DNA from: a bacterium
Lineage (GTDB): Bacteria > Bacteroidota > Ignavibacteria > UBA10030
Reading direction: 5' to 3'
Length of the DNA: 64,000 nt
Assembly (NCBI GenBank): GCA_043803945.1
Contig: JAZDJN010000027.1
Span: 36,383-100,382, forward strand
The position numbers and the translations under genes are program-made. The first letter of the stretch is position 1; each line of letters starts with the position of its first letter. A model generated the notes under the pieces. That model was not told the DNA's origin and searched no databases. It saw nothing but the letters and a program-made list of their open reading frames with translations. Below, in pieces: positions 59,359-64,000 of the stretch.

Positions 59359-60192
59359 ATGAAAACACAACGTACAGTCACCCTTTGTGTGGCTCTCGTT
59401 CTCGCTTCACTTTCCTTTTCTCAAGAAAAGACCGTCGAAGAGCTTCAGAAAGGATTGAACTATCTTGAAACAAAAACCTATACAGAGGCGGAGAACCTCC
59501 GCATCCTCAAACTCTTCGAAGGATTACGCGCTGCCGATGTCTCCGATGGCATGGATATAGCGGGATTACCGGGTGTGGGACTCGTCGATCCTGCTATTCA
59601 TCCGGACTGGATCGATTCTAAGGGACTGACACATCAGTTCAGGGGAATTGCAGTGACTGCGCGTTACGTCCCTACACAGCGTTCCGACAGGCCGATGCCG
59701 GGCCAGAAGTTCCAGGAGTGGGAGGGGCACTTCTATAATACCTATTCGCATGAGGCGTTTGCCAAAATCATTCGACCTGGATCAGTTGTCGTCCTTGATG
59801 ATGTAGAGGAAAAAGACATTGGGTCAATCGGATCGTACAACATCCTGTACTGGAAAAGCCTAGGAGCTGTTGCTGTTGTAACAGATGCATCGTCACGTGA
59901 TACCGATGAAATTCTTATCGAAGGCGTTCCACTCTATCTGCGGAAAAAAGGTCGCGGCATCCGGCCCGGCAGAAATGAACTCGAATCTGTCAATCGTCCC
60001 GTCGTTATCGGCGGAGTGCTTGTCTGTCCCGGCGATGTTGTCGTGGGAGACGCCGATGGAGTCGTCGTCGTACCCCGGGCACAGGCAGAACAAGTTGCCG
60101 GTTATGCTCGAGAGATATTACTGAAAGATAAAGAGGGGAGAAAGCAGTTGTACGAAAAAGTGGGATTGCCTCCTGATAAAACTATCAAGTAA
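59359..60192 (+). CDS. RraA/HMG-aldolase family protein with signal peptide
   Basis: ADVSDGMD, GIAVTARY, RDTDEI, PGDVVVGDADGVVVVP; N-terminus MKTQRTVTLCVALVLASLSFS; AGGAG RBS. Confidence 0.82.
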   Translation: MKTQRTVTLCVALVLASLSFSQEKTVEELQKGLNYLETKTYTEAENLRILKLFEGLRAADVSDGMDIAGLPGVGLVDPAIHPDWIDSKGLTHQFRGIAVTARYVPTQRSDRPMPGQKFQEWEGHFYNTYSHEAFAKIIRPGSVVVLDDVEEKDIGSIGSYNILYWKSLGAVAVVTDASSRDTDEILIEGVPLYLRKKGRGIRPGRNELESVNRPVVIGGVLVCPGDVVVGDADGVVVVPRAQAEQVAGYAREILLKDKEGRKQLYEKVGLPPDKTIK

Positions 60193-60244
60193 TCCAGACC
60201 ATCGCCAATGCTCCGAAACTGTCTATTAGAAGTGAGATTTCCCT

Positions 60245-62584
60245 ATGAACAATCATGTCACCGCGGCCAGTATGCAAGTACTGATTGCGCTGGTGTTCTT
60301 TCTGGTGCCAATTAGCTGTCATAACGTGACGATGAAACGAGAACATCACATATCAGAATCACACGCCACCCAGAATCGCATCGCCCTGGAGATGCAGAGA
60401 GTACTCGATGATGAGCTAAAGTCCTGGTATCCTCTGGTGCTCGATACCGTGGATGGCGGATTTTTCAGCGACATCAATTCCACCTGGCACGTCGAAGGGC
60501 AGCAGAATAAGTTCATTGTGACACAGGCCCGACACGTCTGGTCCGCTGCGCATACCGCTCAGTATTACCAAAAGGATAACGCGCTGCGCAGTGTGGCTGC
60601 ACATGGTTTTCAGTTTTTGAAGAATGTCATGTGGGATAAGGACTATGGAGGATTCTACGATCTCGTTACGCGGAAGGGGGAACCGATCAAAGAGGATGGC
60701 CGGATTATCAAGCGTGCGTATGGAAATGCATTTGCCATGTATGGGCTTGCAGCGTACTACCGGACTTCGGGTGACACAACTGCATTGAAGCTAGCTCAGG
60801 AAACTTTTCAGTGGCTTGAGAGGTATAGCTACGACTCTCTCTGTGGCGGGTACCTCCAATTTATAACCCGTGAGGGAGCAGCTCTTGAACGAGGATTCCG
60901 CGGTGCCCCCCCGAAAGATCAGAACTCTTCCATCCATCTCCTTGAAGCGCTTACAGAACTCTACACGGTATGGCCGGATGCAATCGTGAGAAGCCGCCTG
61001 GAGTCGATGCTGCAGATTGTCCGCGATACGCTGACGACGGGGAAGGGATATCTGGTATTGTTTTTCGAACGTGATTGGACTCCGGTTTCATTTCGCGATA
61101 CCGAGCCGGCCCTTCGAGAGAGGAACTATGAATACGACCATGTCTCTTTCGGCCACGATGTAGAAACAGCCTACTTGATGCTGGAAGCCTCGGAAGCACT
61201 CGGTCTGGAGAATGATACAACAACACTTCGTATTGCGAAGAAGATGGTCGATCACGCATTGAGATTCGGATGGGATCGGGATCATGGAGGATTCTTCGAT
61301 GGCGGCTATTACCTGCCAGGAGAAGAGGGCGCATCAATCGTACGAAACACAAAAGAATGGTGGGCACAAGCCGAAGCGTTGAACACCTTTCTCTTAATGG
61401 CCGATCGTTTTCCGGAGGATGAACACCGCTATTTCGAAAAATTCTGTACTCAGTGGGACTATTGTAAAGAATATGTCATCGATCAGCGCAATGGAGGTTG
61501 GTATTGGGGTGGAGCAGATATCGTACCGGAAAATCGAACATCGGCAAAAGCATCCATATGGAAATGCAACTATCATACCTCCCGCGCGCTCATCAATTGT
61601 ATCGATCAACTGAAGCGATCGGCGAGTTCAATAGATATACCGCGATATGAACCGGTCAATCCAAGAGCTTCTGCCGAAGCACGAACGCTGCTGGCATACC
61701 TCTACTCTATCCGTGGAAAGAACATTATCGCCGGCCATCACAATTATGTCGATAGAATCAACACCTACCCAAATCGTATCAACCAGCTCACGGGAAAGCG
61801 GCCCCAAATCTGGGGCTGTGATTTTATCCACTACTATGTGCCCGGCAATGGAAAAATCATCGTCGAAGAGTGCTACAAGAAGCATAACGAGGGGTTCTTC
61901 ATTACGTTGATGTGGCATGCAGGACGGCCGCTCGATACTCCGCCATTCCGATGGAAAGAAAGCATCCAGGCAAAATTGAGCGATGAGGAGTGGAATGAAT
62001 TACTCACCCCCGGCACGAAACTTCACAATCAATGGCTGGTGCAGGTTGATGCGGTTGCCGCTTACCTGTTGGAGCTTCAGGCATTAGGAGTGCCTGTACT
62101 CTGGAGACCGTACCATGAACTGAATGGTGTCTGGTTCTGGTGGGGGAATCGAAAAGGAGTGAACGGTTCTGCAAGACTCTACCAGATGATGTACGATCGA
62201 TATGTCCATCACCACAAGCTGAATAATTTGATCTGGGTGTGGAATGCCAACGCACCTCGCCAGTTGATTAATGATGAGGCCTATGCCTATGAAGACTACT
62301 TCCCAGGATTGAACTATGTCGATGTCCTGGCAGCAGACGTGTACCAAAAGGATTATCGTCAACGTCATTATGATGAATTGGTACGACTAGGTGAGGGAAA
62401 AATCATCGCACTGGGTGAAGTGGGAGAGGTACCATCTCCGAAAATTCTGACAGCGCAGCCGATGTGGACCTGGTTTATGATCTGGGGAGACTTTGTCGAT
62501 TCCCATAACACGCCTCAGCAGATCAGGGATTTGTATTCCTTTCCGCGAACCCTTACGCATGAAGATGTCTTCAAAGCCAAATAG
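60245..62584 (+). CDS. fusion: AGE-family cellobiose/mannobiose 2-epimerase + GH26 beta-mannanase
   Basis: Epimerase motifs KFIVTQARHVW, AYGNAFAMYGLAAY, NSSIHLLE, SFGHDVE, KEWWAQAE, WKCNYHTSR; GH26 motifs WRPYHELNGVWFWWG, LNNLIWVW, YFPG..YVDV, IALGEVG. Confidence 0.9.
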   Translation: MNNHVTAASMQVLIALVFFLVPISCHNVTMKREHHISESHATQNRIALEMQRVLDDELKSWYPLVLDTVDGGFFSDINSTWHVEGQQNKFIVTQARHVWSAAHTAQYYQKDNALRSVAAHGFQFLKNVMWDKDYGGFYDLVTRKGEPIKEDGRIIKRAYGNAFAMYGLAAYYRTSGDTTALKLAQETFQWLERYSYDSLCGGYLQFITREGAALERGFRGAPPKDQNSSIHLLEALTELYTVWPDAIVRSRLESMLQIVRDTLTTGKGYLVLFFERDWTPVSFRDTEPALRERNYEYDHVSFGHDVETAYLMLEASEALGLENDTTTLRIAKKMVDHALRFGWDRDHGGFFDGGYYLPGEEGASIVRNTKEWWAQAEALNTFLLMADRFPEDEHRYFEKFCTQWDYCKEYVIDQRNGGWYWGGADIVPENRTSAKASIWKCNYHTSRALINCIDQLKRSASSIDIPRYEPVNPRASAEARTLLAYLYSIRGKNIIAGHHNYVDRINTYPNRINQLTGKRPQIWGCDFIHYYVPGNGKIIVEECYKKHNEGFFITLMWHAGRPLDTPPFRWKESIQAKLSDEEWNELLTPGTKLHNQWLVQVDAVAAYLLELQALGVPVLWRPYHELNGVWFWWGNRKGVNGSARLYQMMYDRYVHHHKLNNLIWVWNANAPRQLINDEAYAYEDYFPGLNYVDVLAADVYQKDYRQRHYDELVRLGEGKIIALGEVGEVPSPKILTAQPMWTWFMIWGDFVDSHNTPQQIRDLYSFPRTLTHEDVFKAK

Positions 62585-62622
62585 CTCCTTACGTTCTTTA
62601 TCTTACTGATGAAAAGGATAGC

Positions 62623-63723
62623 ATGAAACGGCGAGACTTTTTAAAAGCAAGTGGTACCGTTGCCGCCCTCTCATTCACGGGATTACCCTTGCAGGCCGGC
62701 ATTACCGTTCAAGAGACACAGATAAAGTTTCCCCGATACAGGGGATTCAATCTCACAGAGAAAACCGGCGGCTGGGGTCCAAGAAGGAAATTCAATGAAG
62801 CGGATTTCGAACTTATGGCGGAATGGGTGCTCAACTTCGCCCGCATCCCCATGTCCTATTGGAACTGGGCTTCGAAAGATGATTGGTTGAACATTCATGA
62901 AGATGTGATGTCTGACATTGATGAAGCGGTGGAATTTGGAAAGCAGTACAATGTCCACATCAACCTCAATATGCACCGCGTACCCGGATATTGCATCAAT
63001 GGCCGCGACCAGGAGCCGATGGACCTCTTCAAGGATACACCCGAACGGATGCAGCAAGCCCTGGATGCAGTTGTGTACCATTGGAAATTCTTCGCCCGGC
63101 GATATAAAGGGATTCCGAGCAGCCGGCTGAGCTTCGATCTTATTAATGAACCGCCCAAGATGACCGATGAAACACGGTATGTTGAGATTGTCCATGCACT
63201 TGTCCGTGGAATCAGGGCAGAGGACCCCGACCGGTTAATCGTCGTTGATGGAAAGGATATCGGCCGCACACCTGTGCTCGGTATTGTCGACCTGGGCGTT
63301 GTTCAAAGTACGCGTGGGTACGATCCGATGAGTGTGAGTCATTACACGGCGACCTGGGTACCGAAAGATGAATTTGAGACATTCTCATCCCCGACCTGGC
63401 CGATTCGCGGCGATGATGGAAAACTTTGGGACAAAGCTGCTCTAAAGGAAAAGCTCATCGATCGATGGCAGCCGATCGTCGAACGAGGAGTACAAATCCA
63501 TGTGGGTGAGTGGGGATGCTATAACCAGACACCGCATGATGTGGCACTCCGATGGATGAGGGACATCCTCTCGCTCTGGAAGGAAGCAGGATGGGGGCAT
63601 GCGATGTGGAACCTCAAAGGCCAATTCGGTGTCATGGACAGCGGCCGCAAGGATGTAGTGTACGAGGAATACAAAGGCCATAAACTTGACCGGAAAATGC
63701 TGGAGTTGCTTAGAGAATACTAA
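62623..63723 (+). CDS. Tat-exported GH5 glycoside hydrolase (probable mannanase/endoglucanase)
   Basis: MKRRDFLK twin-arginine signal; RGFNL, NFARIPMSY, NMHRVPGY, FDLINEP, HVGEWG. Confidence 0.88.
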   Translation: MKRRDFLKASGTVAALSFTGLPLQAGITVQETQIKFPRYRGFNLTEKTGGWGPRRKFNEADFELMAEWVLNFARIPMSYWNWASKDDWLNIHEDVMSDIDEAVEFGKQYNVHINLNMHRVPGYCINGRDQEPMDLFKDTPERMQQALDAVVYHWKFFARRYKGIPSSRLSFDLINEPPKMTDETRYVEIVHALVRGIRAEDPDRLIVVDGKDIGRTPVLGIVDLGVVQSTRGYDPMSVSHYTATWVPKDEFETFSSPTWPIRGDDGKLWDKAALKEKLIDRWQPIVERGVQIHVGEWGCYNQTPHDVALRWMRDILSLWKEAGWGHAMWNLKGQFGVMDSGRKDVVYEEYKGHKLDRKMLELLREY

Positions 63724-64000
63724 TTCTCGATTCGAGCACGGAAGCATGTATCCATCGCGTTCTCTTTCTTCATGCACATTACAAATCCAGTGAACTGCAT
63801 TCTCCGTTTCCACTTTGGTGTTCATACTGTATTGTTCGATTCCGATGCCGGTGTCAATACTAACCCAAGTTCGACAGTCGTATGGTCTAAAAAAATATTT
63901 TTTGGTCATTGAGCTCTGCTTTCACTTATTATGACAGAAAAGCTCATGTAGTGAAAACCTACCCCCTTGCGGAGCCCCATGATGATGTTGTATATTGCAC

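Overview
Bacterial chromosomal window, most likely from an Ignavibacteria/Bacteroidota-related (FCB group) organism. The taxonomy is inferred from four proteins ending in a T9SS-type QNYPNPFN sorting domain. There are three blocks. (1) About 1-11.8 kb is a salt/osmotic-stress cluster: a small exported-type protein ending in a RAPP motif upstream of nhaA, a CmpX-like membrane protein, a trehalose-6-phosphate synthase fused behind a TM-sensor-TM-HAMP input module, otsB, a TreT-like GT4, a Zn-ribbon membrane protein, an APC transporter and an antiporter remnant. (2) About 12-16.6 kb is housekeeping: pcm, an amino-acid permease, fba and a tRNA-Gln/Glu/Arg operon, with an att-like duplicate of the tRNA-Arg 3' end and several small palindromic insertion elements. 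(3) About 16.9-63.7 kb is a ~47 kb beta-mannan/glucomannan utilization locus: six GH5-type enzymes, GH2 (frameshifted by a 35-bp tandem duplication), GH9, GH27, CE2, a SASA esterase, two GH130, two GH94, SSS and MFS symporters, a TonB receptor paired with a T9SS beta-helix/CBM protein rather than SusD, and a cellobiose 2-epimerase-GH26 fusion. Candidate sigma54 promoters head several operons, and a degenerate IS1380 plus a toxin-antitoxin pair interrupt the locus. All family calls come from motif recognition by eye; no database searches were run.
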